Shown in pieces: positions 1 through 14,763 of a stretch of DNA of 64,000 nucleotides. The stretch lies in NCBI RefSeq assembly GCF_964213995.1, contig NW_027590198.1:124001-188000 (forward strand), given 5' to 3'. Position 1 is the stretch's first letter. Each line of letters opens with the position of its first letter. A program made the position numbers and the translations under genes. Origin of the DNA: Mustelus asterias. Taxonomy: Eukaryota. Below the pieces are notes generated by a model. That model did no database searches. It saw only the letters and a list, made by a program, of their open reading frames with translations, and was not told where the DNA came from.

Positions 1-879
1 ATGGCAGGAAATAAATGTTTGTACTGTTTGTACATATATTCGCAACTCGTTCAGTCCGCAACAAAATTTAGTGCGTTTACCGGTGCAGACTAACAGATTT
101 ATAAAATCACCATCTGAAACATGTCTACCAGTAATGCGGGCTCATAAAGACAGACACAAGTGAAACTGTAACTGAACTAGAGGAAATGGCACACATTGCT
201 TCGAAGCTTATTTTTAAAATCGTTCTTCCGAATAAAGAAAAAGGAAAAAGCACTCAGACAGATGAGGAAATCGAGAATCAGTGCGGAACTGCTGGGCCTC
301 CTGTCGATGAAAGATATTTAAGCGCCAGAATGTTTCACACACCGAATAAAGAAGGATCACGTATAACTAACAGATCATTCTTAAATCTCTTCCCTTGAAA
401 GATATTTGCTTTTGTTTGAAAGCTGACTTTGGTCAATTTCAAAAAGTACCATGGGATGTGTATTTCCCAGTGACTCGCGCTCTTTTGTTGATTCGCCATG
501 CTTGCAATTCAATGTTGTCTATTTCAGAGATATTCAATTCAGAATGAGGACATTTGTGTTAAATAAATGTATTGAAGTTAAAGGTTGAATCAAAAGAACC
601 GGGAAGATACAATGTGATGGGATGGGATTTATTTTCTCCGCCCATTTGCATATCGGCAAATATTCACTTTCTGCAAAAAGATGCCATGATTTTCGGTAAG
701 CGATCAGAGAGCGCCCTCCGTGGACAGTACAACAGCATTGGAAACAGACGGAATACCAAGAGCCCACAAATGTACACTCAGAGACATATCCAGTGCAGCT
801 ACAACATTGGACAAGAGGAATCATCCGCTCAACATCCACACTGTTGGCACCCCTTCGCGTTTTAAAGCTTTCAGTCAAT

Positions 880-2400
880 TTGCCTCTTACTCTTCTGAAC
901 TCCCGTGGATACAAACCTGACGTCAACATCCTTTCCTCATCAGATCACCCGCTCAGAGCTGGTGATGGTTTCGTAAAACTCCTCTGAACTTTTTCTCATG
1001 CATTAACATATTTCTTAAGATAAGGAGACAAGTAGTGTGCACAATATTTGATATATATCCAATGCCCTCGCCAATGCCCAATTTTACGATCTATCCTTGT
1101 GTCGTCAGCAGATATAACATCCATATCTTCACTGCCTTCATCACTGCAGAAATCATCCCACTTTAATGCTTTTTGACAAATTCAGCCAGAATGTATTTGT
1201 TCAGATCAAATCGTTTTTCGTCAACTTGCTTGAGTTTAATGCTGAACAACAGAGATGGTTTGTGAGGGTATTTCTCTTAATGGGCGTCCAAAGGTCATGT
1301 GATATGGTGCTACATCACAGCTTGTGAGTAAATGTGGAGATCAGAGAATAAAATGGATAGGAGCAACACGGATAGGAAATTGGCTGAGTGCCAGGAAACA
1401 ACTCATAGCTGTTTTTCGGACTGGAACAAAGTTTGCAGTGAAGGTGCCAGGAACAGGTTATATGACTCTTGATCTTCCCGGCATAGTAATGGCCGAGAGC
1501 TTGGTATGGAGGTCAGACTTTCAAAATCTGTGTATAATGCAAAACATGGAAACATTGCCAACCATCAGAAGACCGAGCAGAACTTCAGAACGAAAAAAAA
1601 ACTAATTTGTGGAATTGTCCTGCAATTAGGAGATTTAATTGATTGCATGTAAAGTTACATGATTAGTTTTGTTAAGCAGAATGCGAAGTGACAAAGGGAA
1701 ATGATGAAAACGCTATGAATGTGGCGGTAAGACGCCGAGGGACCTGAGTGAATATGTGCATAGATCATTCATGGTGGAAGATAGTTTGAAAGAGCGGAAA
1801 AGAAAATAGTTAACAGTCTTTGTTGGGGAAAAGAATACAGAAGCAAGGAAGTTATGCTAAATTTGTAAAAAGCACTGGAAAATAGTCAACTGAAAAATTG
1901 CGTCAAATTCTGGGCACCAAACGTAAGGAGAAATGTAAAGCTAATAGGCTGGATGCAGGGGGAAAATACGAGATTAGTTCCAGAGATCAGAAACTTCAGT
2001 TCCGAAAATATATTGGTGAGGTTCAGACTGATTTCCTTGACAGGAAGTTGCTGATGTGATCCCATTGAGGCCTTCAAAATCCTGAGGGGTCTTGACAGAG
2101 TAGATAGAGAGTAATTGTTCAATAGCAGATGGATTTTGTAACAGAGGGCGCGGGTTGAAGTTAATTGGTGAAAGAAGCATGGAGTCATAACGAAAAACAT
2201 TTTCGGACAGTGACTGATTCAGACCTGCAATCTGCTGTTTCAGAGTACGGTTCAGGGAGCGCCAATTGATGGTTTCAAAATGGGATTGGATTATTGTCTG
2301 GAATTGAAAAAAATGCTGGACTGTGGGCTATAGAGTGTTATTGGATGAATTGCTCCTTTAGAGGACCAGCACATACATGATGCTTCAAAATGGCCTGCTT
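880..2400. mobile_element. Ancient degenerate CR1 LINE fragments (- at ~880-1150, + at ~1250-2400)
   Basis: Remnant RT motifs: WIGNWLSARKQ, LKNCVKFWAPNVRRNV, and CR1-like 3' sequence. Confidence 0.6.
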
Positions 2401-3613
2401 CTCTCCTGTAAATAGTCTATCAGTGTGGAAAATGAAGTCAGTGGCAAAGTGGTAATATCACTGGGAGAGGATTTCTGAGGGGAGGCAGTTTGCTCAAGGT
2501 ATATGTTCAAATCTAACTGCAAAAGAACGTGGGTTTTAAAATGCAATTGCAATTTTGAATTTAAACCTCGTTCCGTAATTGCAGCCAATACAAGTAATAT
2601 AGCAGATCCTCTAATGCCCAGCAGAAAAGGAAACCATCCATCATTTCCCAGTTTGGCCCATAGCTGACTCAAGGCCCACACGTGTTTGGCGTTTACATGC
2701 GTTCTGTGATGATCTAGGAAACCAATGAATTCAGAGTACTCGCGATTGCCAAATTATGCTGGCCTTGCCAGCTGTGTATACAGCCCATGAAAGAATACGA
2801 AACAGCAACGAAAATCAGCATTTCACAACATCTGCAATAGCAAAGGACGTCCAGGAGATGGCAGTGAAACCGTGCTCTTTGGCACGACGCGAAACAGAAC
2901 GTCTCAGTTATTGCTGCAATCGATGTAGTCTTTATTCATCCTAAACTAGACCCAGTTTATGTGACACAAAATCATATTTCTGATTACGTGACAATAATTC
3001 TCAATTGATTCTCTACTCAGCAAAATCCCAGTTGTCACTATACCGCACCAAGCCTCATTTGATATTACATTGCTGGAACCTGCAACGTGTAAAGAAACCT
3101 CGACGATACCTCAATCACTGCTGCACCAGTCCACCTCCCTGTTTATACCGAATAATATCCTGTCTCTAATTATTGTTCTATTTCATGACTCGTTTATTGC
3201 TCTAATGTCCCTGTCAAATCTTTTATCAATCTGAAGCCTTAGTTTGAAATTATTGCATCAGCTTTGTCTCAGTTTATATCATACAATGCCCAGAATCAGA
3301 TTCAACAGCATTTGAACCGATTGAACAGGTGGAGTTTTATTGCGCTAGCTGCTGTGTCCTTTATTAATGCGCCAAACCATACCACTGTTCATTTTACACA
3401 TTATCCTCTCTCAATTATTGCTTTACTCTGCATTGCCACACTTTATATCACACTAGATTATATCCCTATATTCTAATAGCGTCCATGTGAGACTACATTA
3501 CACTAGAACCTGTCTCAGTTTAAATGTCTCTGCTTACATTGGAATGAACCTTGACTTTGTTACAGTTGCGTAATTCATGTTTCTGTCTATTTGAGAAAAC
3601 ATCACGCTGGTTA

Positions 3614-4418
3614 GTACGACGCTATAGAAATTCCGGACAAATGTGAGGTAATGCATTTTGGAAGGTCTCGTACAGATAGGAAATTTACAGTAAATGGCAG
3701 AACCCTTAGGACTATTGATAGGCAAAGGGATCTGGGTGTACAGGTACACAGGTCACTGAAAGTGTCAATGCAGGTGGAGAAGGTCGTCAAGAAGGCATAC
3801 GGCATGCTTGCCTTCATCGGCCGGTGTATTGAGTTTAAAAATTGGCAAGTCATGTTGACGCTTTATAGAATCTTAGTGAGGCCGCACTTGGAATGTACGG
3901 TCAATTCTGGTCGCCACACTACCAGAAGGATGTGGAGGCTCTGGAGAGGGTACAGAAAAGATTTACCAGGATGTTGCCTGGTATGGAGGGCATTAGCTAT
4001 GAGGAGAGGTTGGAGAAACTTGGTTTGTTCTCACTGGAGCGACGGAGGTTGAGGGGAGACCTGATAGAAGTCTACAAGATTATAAGAGGCATGGACAGAG
4101 TGGATAGTCAGAAGCTTTTTCCCAGGGTGGAAGAGTCAATTACTGGGGGGCATAGGTTCATGGTGCGAGGGGCAAATTTTAAAAGAGATGTACGAGGCAG
4201 ATTTTTTACACAGAGAGTGGTGGGTGCCTGGAACTCGTTGCCGGGGGAGGTAATGGAAGCCGACACGGTAGTGACTTTTAAGGGGCGTCTAGGAAAGTAC
4301 ATGAATGAGATGGGAATAGAGGGATATGGTCTTCGGAAGCGTAGGGGGTTTTAGTTAAGTCGGGCAGCATGGTCGGTGCAGGCTTGGATGGCCTGTGCTG
4401 TAATTTCTCTTTGTTCCA
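3614..4418 (+). mobile_element. CR1 LINE 3' fragment (RT C-terminus)
   Basis: RPHLE..QFWSPHYQKDVEALERVQKRFTRMLPG...RRLRGDLIEVYK...FFTQRVV. Confidence 0.92.
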
Positions 4419-4996
4419 TACCCGCTCTCAGTAATCATTGAACTGGACCCAGTCTGCATTCATATTAGTACAAGTGCTGTATCAATAATTGGTGCACTCG
4501 ACACTGTCTCTGTATTACTGCACAAAACCCGTCCTTCGTTCATAATAGAACAGATTGTATTAGATGGATTGGCTATGCAAAATTACCCGTTATTGTCCAT
4601 AGGGTATGTGGATTCGCCATGGTAAATGTGTGGGGCTAACGGGGATAGGGCAGAGGGGAGGGCCTGGGTGGGATGCAAACTCGGAGAGCCAGATGGTCTT
4701 TTTCTGAACTCCAGGGATTCTATAGTTCGATGTCTAAGAATTATCATATCATACCTTGCTTAGACATACGAGTGCTTATTTCTTTTAAATATTCTTTTTT
4801 CCGATTACCCCCTTTGGAGAAATGATTTCTTTCAGCAATTTCCCTTCAGCTTTCCAAGTGATAACCTTCAGTCCATCTCTGCCTTCCATGAGTGTATGAA
4901 AACACCAGACAGTCCTGTATTTCAACTGAAGAACATTTAATATGCAACTATTTATTGACAACCATTCTGCTGTGTGCTCTTGCACACAAAACGATT

Positions 4997-7487
4997 TCCA
5001 TAGAACCATAGAAAATTACAGCTCAGAAACAGGCCTTTTGGCCCTTCTTGTCTGTGCCGAACCATTTTTTGCCTAGTCCCACTGACCTGCACTTGGACCA
5101 TATCCCTCCACACCCCTCTCATCCATGAACACGTCCAAGTTTTTCTTAAATGTTAAAAGCATTTACCCCTTTATCCGGCAGCTCATTCCACACTCCCACC
5201 ACTCTCTGCGTGAAGAAGCCCCACCTAATATTCCCTTTAAACTTTTCTCCTTTCACCCTTAACCCATGCCCTCTGGTTTTTTTCTCCCCGAGCCTCAGCG
5301 GAAAAAGCCTACTTGCATTCACTCTATCTATACCCATCAAAATCTTATACACCTATATCAAATCTCCCCTCAATCTTCTACGCTCCAGGGAATAAAGTCC
5401 AAACCTATTCAATCTCTCTCTGTAACTCAGCTTCTCAAGTCCCGGAAACATCCTTGTGAACCTTCTTTGCACTCTTTCAACCTTATTTACATCCTTCCTG
5501 TAACTAGGTGACCAAAACTGTACACAATACTCCAAATTCGGCCTCACCATGCCTTATATAACCTTACCATAACACTCCAACTTTTATACTCGATACTCCG
5601 ATTTATAAAGGCCAATGTACCAAAGGCACTCTTTACGACCCTGTCCACCTGTGACGTCACTTTTAGGGAATTCTGTACCTGTATTCCCAGATCCCTCTGT
5701 TCAAATGCACTCTTCAGAGTCCTACCATTTACCCTGTACGTTATTCTTTGGTTTGTCCTTCCAAAGTGCAATATCTCACACTTGTCTGCGTTAAATTCCA
5801 TTTGCCATTTTTCAGCCCATTTTTCTAGTTGGTCCAAATCCCTCTGCAGGCTTTGAAAACCTTCCTCACTGTCCACTACACCTCCAATCTTTGTATCATC
5901 AGCAAACTGCTGATCCAATTTACCACATTATCATCCAGATCATTGATATAGATGACAAACAACAATGGACCCAACACCGATCCCTGCGGCACACCACTAG
6001 TCACAGGCCTCCACTCAGAGAAGCAATCCTCCACAACCACTCTCTGGCTTCTTCCATTGAGCCAGTGTCTAATCCAATTTACTACCTCCCCATGTATACC
6101 TAGCGACTGAACCTTCCTAACTAACCTCCCATGAGGGACCTTGTCAAAAGCCTTGCTGAAATCCAGGGAGACAACATCCACCGCCTTCCCTTCATCCACT
6201 TTCCTGGTAACCTCCTCGAAAAACTCTAATAGATTGGTCAAACATGACCTACCACGCACAAAGCCATGTTGACTCTCCATAATAAGTCCCTGTCTATCCA
6301 GATATTTGTAGATCCTATCCCTTATCACACCTTCCAATAACTTGCCCACCACCGACGTCAAACTTACTGGCCTATAATTTCCCGGATTTCTTTTGGAACC
6401 TTTTTTAAACAACAGAACAACATGAGCCACCCTCCAATCATCCGGCACCTCCCCCGTAAATACTGACATTTTAAATATGTCTGCCAGGGCCCCTGCAAGT
6501 TCAACACTAGCTTCCCTCAAGGTCCGTGGGAATACCCTGTCCGGTCCTGGGGATTTATCCACTCCGATTTGCCTCAAGACAGCGAGCACCTCCTCCCCTT
6601 TAATCTGTAAAGGTTCCATGACCTCCCTACCAGTTTGCCCTATTTCCGTAGACTCCATGCCCGTTTCCTCAGTAAATACGGATGCAAAAAAACCATTTAG
6701 TATCTCCCCCATCTCTTTTGGTTCCATACACAGTCTACCACTCTGGTCTTCAAGAGGACCAATTTCATCCCTCACTATCCTTTTGCTCCTAACATACCTA
6801 TAGAAGCTCTATGGATTTGCCTTCACTCTGTCTGCCAAAGCAACCCTCATGTCTTTTTTTAGCCCTCCTGATTTCCCTCTTAAGTAGCTTCTTGCACTTT
6901 TTATACTCCTCGAGCATCTGATCTGTTCCTTGCTGCCTGTACATTTCGTACAACTCTCTCTTCCTCTTAATCAGTGTTACAATCTCCCTCGAGACCCAAG
7001 GTTCCTTATTCCTATTTACTTTGCCTTTAATCCTGGCAGGAACATACAAACTCTGCACTCTCAAAATTTCTCCTTTGAAGGCCTCCCACTTTCCATTTAC
7101 ATCCTTACCAGAGAACAGCCTGTGCCAATCCACACTTCCCAGATCCCTTCTCATTTCATCAAAATTGGCCTTTTTCCAGTTCAGAACTTCAACCCGAGGA
7201 CCAGATCTATCCTTATCCACGATCAGGTTGAAACTAATGGCATTATGATCACTGGATCCAAAGTGTTCCTTCGCACTCACATCCATCACCTGCCCTAACT
7301 CATTTCCCAATAGGAGATCCAGTATCGCATCCTCTCTAGTTGGCACCTCTATATACTGATGTAGAAAATTCTCCTGAACACATTTTACAAACTTTACCCC
7401 GTCTAAACCTTTAACAGTATGCGAGTCCCAATCTATATGTGGAAAATTAAAATCCCCTACTATCACAGCTTTGTGTTTCTTGCTGTT
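4997..7487 (-). mobile_element. CR1 LINE, 5'-truncated, frameshifted ORF2 (APE end + RT)
   Basis: [51 protein letters not shown]. (CATAGAAC)n tail at ~4998. Confidence 0.95.
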
Positions 7488-8880
7488 TCAATCTGACTAT
7501 TTTGCTGCCAACATTGACTTATCTGTCTTTAAAAATCTGTTGGAAAATGGATAAATCGCATCTCGAATGACGAGGAGATTACTGGAAATTGATCTTCTTC
7601 GTGTCTCACTAAAGTTCCTGATTTTCGACTCAATTATGTGCTGATTTGTGAAAATGATGGCGGAAGTGACCGTGGATATATAGCCGACAGGAGATAATTA
7701 CATCTGTAATTCTCAGACTTCTTATTCCTATTAATGCAAAGGATTGAAACATCTGCTGTTCTCCAGAGATCTGTTTAACCGTTACATTCGCCAATTCCAT
7801 GGTAACCATCCTAAGTATTTTCTACTGTGGAAAGGTTGTACAATCTCGGTAACACGACGAATCAGGATCAGGTATATTATGAGGGTGGCCAGACCTTGTG
7901 TGATACAAACAGTGATATTGCCTGGTGAACATGGACAGTAGCTGTTCAAGATGGCAGCTCATCATCACTTTGTCAGGGCAATTAGGGAAGGGCAACAGAT
8001 GCCAGTGATGCCCACATCCCATAAATGATTAAAAATTATGCAGTAACAACAGAGACAGAATCTAATCTAATATAGACAGATATGCTGGCGCAATGATAAC
8101 ATAAACTGGCCGGGAGAGTCATGTAAGCTAATGCATTAGATATATAGAATAAGAGAGACAGAACATGATATAACATTTAAATAAACAGTTTGTTCCGTGT
8201 GATCATTCTAGAAAAAAGTAAATTGTCCAATAATAATTGGCAGGCGTCAAACGTAGCAAAACCAGATATAGGTTCCAATTCACAACTGATTGGGTAACGG
8301 TTTCGAAAAATAATCATAGAGAATTAGAATATTATAATTTGAATGGCCGGCCCCGGTGTTTCACTAACAGAGACAGCTGGGCCCGGAGTCAGACTGGGAC
8401 CTGATATAAGGAAGCATATCTTTTCGAGGGCCTTGTGCAGGTTTCCTTGTCATGACGAGTGATGCAGTGATTTGTGTGGCAAACACGGATTGGAAACCGA
8501 TGACAGCCGCAAGAATGACTGACTCCACCTGACAAAGAGCTGTTATTCCCATGGGGGGGGGGGGGGATCAATCATGGTGGACTCCAAAAAATTCTGTCAT
8601 CTGAGGTAACAATGGTGAATCTGTTAGAGGAACAGAAAATAACATGCTCCTTCTCATTCTTACAAACAGTTCCACATTTCTAGTCAGAATTGGGACATGT
8701 GAAGACTGAAAAGACGAAGTATGAAAATATCATCGGAGGCAAAACGAATAGTGCAATAACTGTTAAGGATTATTGCACTTTTCCGAAACAAGTTCGATCC
8801 AATGCTAATTTGTTCAAAGTGATGGCTTGTAAATAGAATTGAATAATTAAATTTCGGCATCGTTCCTGGCAAATGTCCAC

Positions 8881-8953
8881 CACCAACCCTCCCATCCCCC
8901 CCTCCCCCACCGCGCACACACACGCACGCACATACACACACACACACACACAC
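8881..8953. repeat. C-rich tract plus (CA)n microsatellite
   Basis: Direct inspection. Confidence 0.85.
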
Positions 8954-10929
8954 GTGTTGCCAAAAGATAAGATTAGCACAAGACGACAGCTGTATAAATA
9001 TTGCATCTTATTCAGTCTCAATGAAGGACAGGGGGAGACTCAAAAACGATGCTAGGACAATGGTGCATAAGAATCATTAAAATGGACCTGTTCTCGAAAA
9101 TCCTTCACATTTTACTCCATGAAGGATATATCTCATTTATTTTCAAAGTTACTGTGAAATCTGATTCGACCACCCTCTGAAGCTGTTCATTCCAGTCCAC
9201 AACAACTCTTGTGTAAAAGTAAACAATCACATTTCTGTCTCTCTGCTCAATAAAATAAATCTGTGCCCACTGGTTGCTGACCGTCCTCCCAGTTGAAATA
9301 TTCTCTCTTTAATTACCCCACTCAAAACGTCATGATTTTGAACACGAATAAAAGTGTTCAAAACACTGGCAAGGAGATAGAGAGAGAGAGACACCGGGAG
9401 AGTTAGGAGAAAGAAAAACGGGGTGCTGACAGATAAAAGCTGAAGAACAAAAAATAAATAGCAGATGGAGAGAAAATGATCGAACAATGCAAGATAACAG
9501 CGATCATTTCCTTTCTTCACGAAACCTGGGAGAGCTCAGTGACTGATCCACTGACCATCCAGTTCTGTCCTGGAATGGAATCTCTGAACAGATCACAACA
9601 GACTCATTTGTAAATGTCACCACAATGTGATCTTTATAACTCTGCCCTGGCTCTGTGGACAGATATAGGCCGCACTGACAGATGTTCTCGTCAGATTGTG
9701 GCCCCTGGATTTATTTTCTGCTCAGAAGTGAGATGTGTGGTTTGGAACTGGCAACAAGAATCAGGAAGTTATATTACCTGAGAATGAAACAAACGGGGCC
9801 AGTTTAATGTTATCACCGTGAACAGTCTTCCTGCCTGCGAGGGTGAACTCATTCTGAAAGCTTCAAGAACAGTCACAGAATTGCTGCCGGTCGCAGCATT
9901 ACATTCACTTCGATTGCCATGTTAATGAATCAAGAAAATGATCATATTTGGGGTTTAGGTAGGTTAATTGAAAGGAAGATGGATTGAAGATTATCGCTGA
10001 GAGAAAAGAGTGAAAATTAAAGCTACATTTTTCCCCGCACAGGTGTTCTAAAATAGAAAGTTTAAGTGTGTTAGGTGTTGTGTGAGTGAAATCGAGGAGA
10101 GCGTATAAAAGAGTGAACTGGTCTGTTTCCGGCACTGAATTTTCCTCTGTTGAGATTGTTGTGTTTCATCTTTTCAGTCACAAGTTGCCTTAAGCATGAA
10201 AGTTAAACATTTTTGAACGAGTAGCCAGATCCGGCTCATGGGTACCTGTGTAAGTGAGCTAAAGGAGATTGAGAGAGAGAAGAGAGGTTTTCCGATTTAG
10301 GTCTTGTCTGAGACAGAGAAAGAGAGGAGAGAAGTTCAGTGAGTCATTTGAAAGATGCAATGCCTTGGCAGTGGAATGGCCAGCTGTATATCACATTCAA
10401 GAGCGTCCAGAGCAGTTCATTAACTTTAGGCATTGACTGAGGCAAAGAATGTGCAAGTAAATACTGAACAAATTACCATAAAATGCTTAAAACTAATTGC
10501 AATTATTTACATAGGAGTTATGACTGGTACCTCACATTGTTATGGGCATAGGGTCCACTTCGGCCTTGTGTAACTGTCTGTCTGGTTTTTGCAAATTGTG
10601 TGCATGGGTTTCCGCCAAGTTTACCGCTTTCCTCCTGCAGTCCAAAGATGTGCAGGTTAGGAGGAGTGGTCATGCTGAATTGTCCCTGAGTATCCATTTG
10701 CAGTCCAACGTGGCATACTTTTATTGTATTCCTCAATTTCTTTTGAACAAGAGGATGTTACAAGATTCATCCCAAGCTTTCAACAAATTATTGCACACAA
10801 TACGTGAGCAACTAGATATGATGTGCAACACCGAACATTTATTAACAAGATGAAATGCATACTTCCAACCCCTTTCATCCACACGAATACGTTTCATTTC
10901 TTAAGTTAGTATCTATTTATTCAAAGTTA

Positions 10930-11205
10930 ATTTATTAGTCACATGTCGGCTTGCACTAGCACTGCAATGAAGCGGCTCTGAGAATCCCCCAGTCGCCACA
11001 CTCTGGCAGCTGTTCGGGTACACTGAGCGAGAATTTGACATTCCCAATGCACCTCACGAGCACAGCTTTGGAATGTGGAAGGAAACCGACACAGACACAG
11101 GGAGAACGTACAAACTCCACACATATAGTGACCAAGCCAGGAATCGAACTCGAGTCCCCAGCACTGTGAGGTAGCAGTGCTAACCACTGCTAACCACTGC
11201 GCCAT
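10930..11205 (-). mobile_element. tRNA-derived V-SINE (HE1-like)
   Basis: GGCGCAGTGGTTAGCA A-box, GTTCGATTCC B-box, and V-domain GTGTGGAGTTTG..CATTCTCCC. A partial copy lies at ~10540-10690 (+). Confidence 0.85.
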
Positions 11206-14200
11206 CCAGCTAGCTTGGTCTTCCTCTTTTTCCATCCATCAGAAGCATTTTATAGAAAATTAGTAACTGCGGCAGTGCCTGCTTTTTTATTCGGACCCAA
11301 TGTAATGCAACGTGAGGTACGGGTGTGCTCAGTAGTGCATGACATACAACCTACCAAAAATAATATCTGAGATGGAACCTAATGTAACATATGTGGACTA
11401 TTGACTGAGCAACAACAGCTCAGAAATGATTAATTGTAGCATATGTCACGGCATGTCTTCATGTAATATAAAGGAAGCGGCATGTAATGTAATGTAAACT
11501 GATACAAGGTATATTGCAATAATGATTCAAGTGAATCAAATGCAGTATATGAAGAGGCATGGCCTAGTGCATTACTGTATACGACTGCACCAAATGGGTT
11601 ATTGCAGCGAACATCGTCAAGTACAGTACTAACTGAGACAGGGTTAATTGTAGCCCTTATAGATCAAGGCCCAGTCCGTTAATAAATTAAACTTCAGGTT
11701 GCGTTATATAGTGCAGAAAGAAAGATAAAACGAGATATGGTGGCGTACAGACATGACTGAGACAACTCCTGTGCAATAAAAAAAATTACATGGTGAAATG
11801 CAGTAATAACAGAAGGAGGGGCAGTGTAATAAAACTAAACTCAATATATAGTGAAATTTAAGCATATACATCGTCGTACCATAGTAAGCAATAGAACAAA
11901 AATGGCCATTAATATGTTCCTCGGAATCATAACCTAATTCAGTAATAACGATATGTGATCTAATGCTATGAATCCTGGAGGATGAACTGCAGTGTTGACT
12001 GAGGGAGGAGAGAGAGAGAGAGACAGACAGATGGACAAGTGCACTAATATCACTCCATTTATGATGAATGATCTGCTGAGTGTTTCTGGCAGTTCATTTT
12101 TCAGATCCCATGCATCCGCAGTATCTTGTTTTTGAGCAAGGAGATATTTGAACAGATTACTAAAAGGACGATCAATACAGGGACAGTTTTATGCATTGAT
12201 TTAGACGAGGAAAGTGAGATAAGGAGATTTAGGGAGGGAATAACAGAGCTTAGGGCCTGGGCAGATTAACACATCCCAAACTGAAAAATAATTTTGAAGA
12301 TAAGAATGGAAATTGCAGAAAATATATATATTTAAATTCTATTCAAACATAACTTGTTCTGCGGCCATTTCGTTTTATTTCTCTCTGAAACAGATGAACA
12401 ATTAACCATTGGTTAGAAAATTGGCCTGTGAGAGCCCATCTGGCGATATTGTGAGTACAAAATTCTGTCTCATACCGCCAGTGTATCAGTTGAATGCTAT
12501 TAATAAAATACGACAGGCGAAACAATCTTTATCGCTAACATCTGCAGCAAATTGACATTGTGCAACACAATCTACAACGAATAAAATGCATCATAACAGA
12601 GATTCCTAAATATATTGCAAAGAGCACTGCACTATTGTTCATATTGACCTATCCCTCAATGCCAGTTTATCACTGAGAAATTGTTATAACTTTCACGCTA
12701 AATATTACCCACACAATAGCAGAGTGATTAGACGTTTCTCACAGCTACTTATAAATATTAGCAAAAAATAAACCTACTGTTTCAAACAAGAATGATTGGT
12801 ATCGGACAGGCACACCCACATATATCGTGATTGATAATATCTCGACAGGCAACATATTCATGGTCGCATGTTGGACTAACAGAGACAGGCTCTGATGTAA
12901 TGTAAAGAGACAAATCCTGTGTAATGTAAAAAGAGATGGGATCCGACGTAATGTAATCAGATCTGTGGTCCACTGTAGGACTAATTGAGAGGACCTGATG
13001 TAGCATAAATAGAGAAATGGCTGAGTGTAGCATAACGAGAAAAACGACCGAATGTAGTATAAAGAGAGACAGGGTCCACTGCCATATCATTAAAGACTGG
13101 GTCTGGTACAACATAAATAGAAGCATGGACCAGTGTAATGTAATCAGAGGATTGATTCAGTGAATTAATAACCAATAAAGCAGGGTCTTCTACATACTGG
13201 CCCTATTGCCAATGGATAGCGTTTTCTTCCGAATGAGCAAAACATGCTCATTCATAACTTTGAACTTCTGTACTAAATCTCCCATAAACTGCACTGTTCT
13301 AAAGGAAAGAAACTCTGCGTTCAGCTGTTCTGATAGTGCAGCTCATGCATGATGAACGTCAAGCTCCACACCATCTTCTGCCTCGCATATTTCCCGATGT
13401 CATTTTAGGAATTGATGGAACTTTCACATGGATTCTCATTAATCAATGGCATCGTGTCAGAATAAGATTCAAGGCCAAGAAAAGACTTGCTTCTGACAAT
13501 TAAATGCATCAGTGAAATATTGGACACAGATCTCAGAGTTTAGACACACTGAGCTCAATGTTATGTCAAAACACAAAACTGTGATCGGTTAACAGTCTTA
13601 TCCCAGTGGAATCAACATCATTTTTGAGTCAATTGGCAATGTGCTCAATTCCCACAACAGATACCTCAGCTCATAATACAACCTGTGACCAAGTGCTGAA
13701 TGTTCAGTTGTTCCATTATTGGATGTGATGATATTGCAGTCCAAGGCGTAGCATACAATATTATTATTAAGCTTGTATTCCAGAAGCTTGAAGTAATGCT
13801 CTGCGGGCAAGGGTTCAAATTCCACCCCAGCAACTGGGGAATTTCAATTCAATTAATTGATTAAGCTGAATCAAACATCGGTGTCTAATTAATAACAATC
13901 ATATTTCGGCAAAGTTCATCTTCTTCTCTGATGTATTTTTGGAGAGGAAATTTTACTTCTTACTTGTAAGACATATAAAATTGCCAGAAGAAGCAACAAG
14001 CCTGAGGGTTTGGAATGTTTTAAAATTCAACAAAAGAAGACACAATGTGCGAGGGGGGAAAGAGAGAATGAAAGTATAATGGCAGGAAGCAGAGAAACTA
14101 ATTGTACAAGCTTCTCTGAATATCTGAAGAGACAAAGATTAGTTAAGACAAATTCGGTAGCTTCCAGTCAGAATCCAGGGAAATTATAATGGGGAACAAA

Positions 14201-14763
14201 GAAATGTTGGATGAATAGAACACAAAGTTTGACTCCATCTTCACAAAAGGGGACACAAATATCCTCCCAGAAATGTTAGGGAACCAAGAGCTGGTTGGCA
14301 TTGAAGAACACCAGTGTTAGTAGCAAAATCATGCTGGGGAAATTAATGGGGTGAAATGCTGATAAATCACTAAGGCCTGAGAATCTACATCCCAGAGTAT
14401 GAATGAAAATGTCCCTCAAAATATTGGGTGCATTGGTGTCATCCTCTAAAATTCTATACACTCTGGATCAGTTCCTATAGATTACAGGGTGACAAATGAA
14501 ATCCCAACATGTAGAAAGGAAGGGAGAGTAAAAATGTTGAATTACAGCCTGACTTTAGCATAAGCGAAGATGTTAGAGACTGTTATCAACGACATGATAG
14601 CAAAATATTTGGAAAGCATTAACGGAATTTGATGAAGCCAGCATGGGCTTAAGGAAGATATGTCATTCTTAACAAACCTACTTGCATTTTCTGAGGCTGC
14701 AAGTAATAGAATAGTGAGGGGGGGCGGGGGGGGGGATGGAGGGAGGGGGGAGGGAACCAGGGT

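Noticed and set aside
644-651. ATTTGCAT octamer
   Set aside because: Isolated, far from any V or leader, and expected by chance in 64 kb.
9620-9720. Minus-strand NLTRTSVSAAYIC followed by CACAGAG-12 bp-TATAAAGAT, resembling a V 3' end and RSS
   Set aside because: No upstream V framework (Cys, WxRQ) is recoverable and the nonamer is poor. Probably chance.
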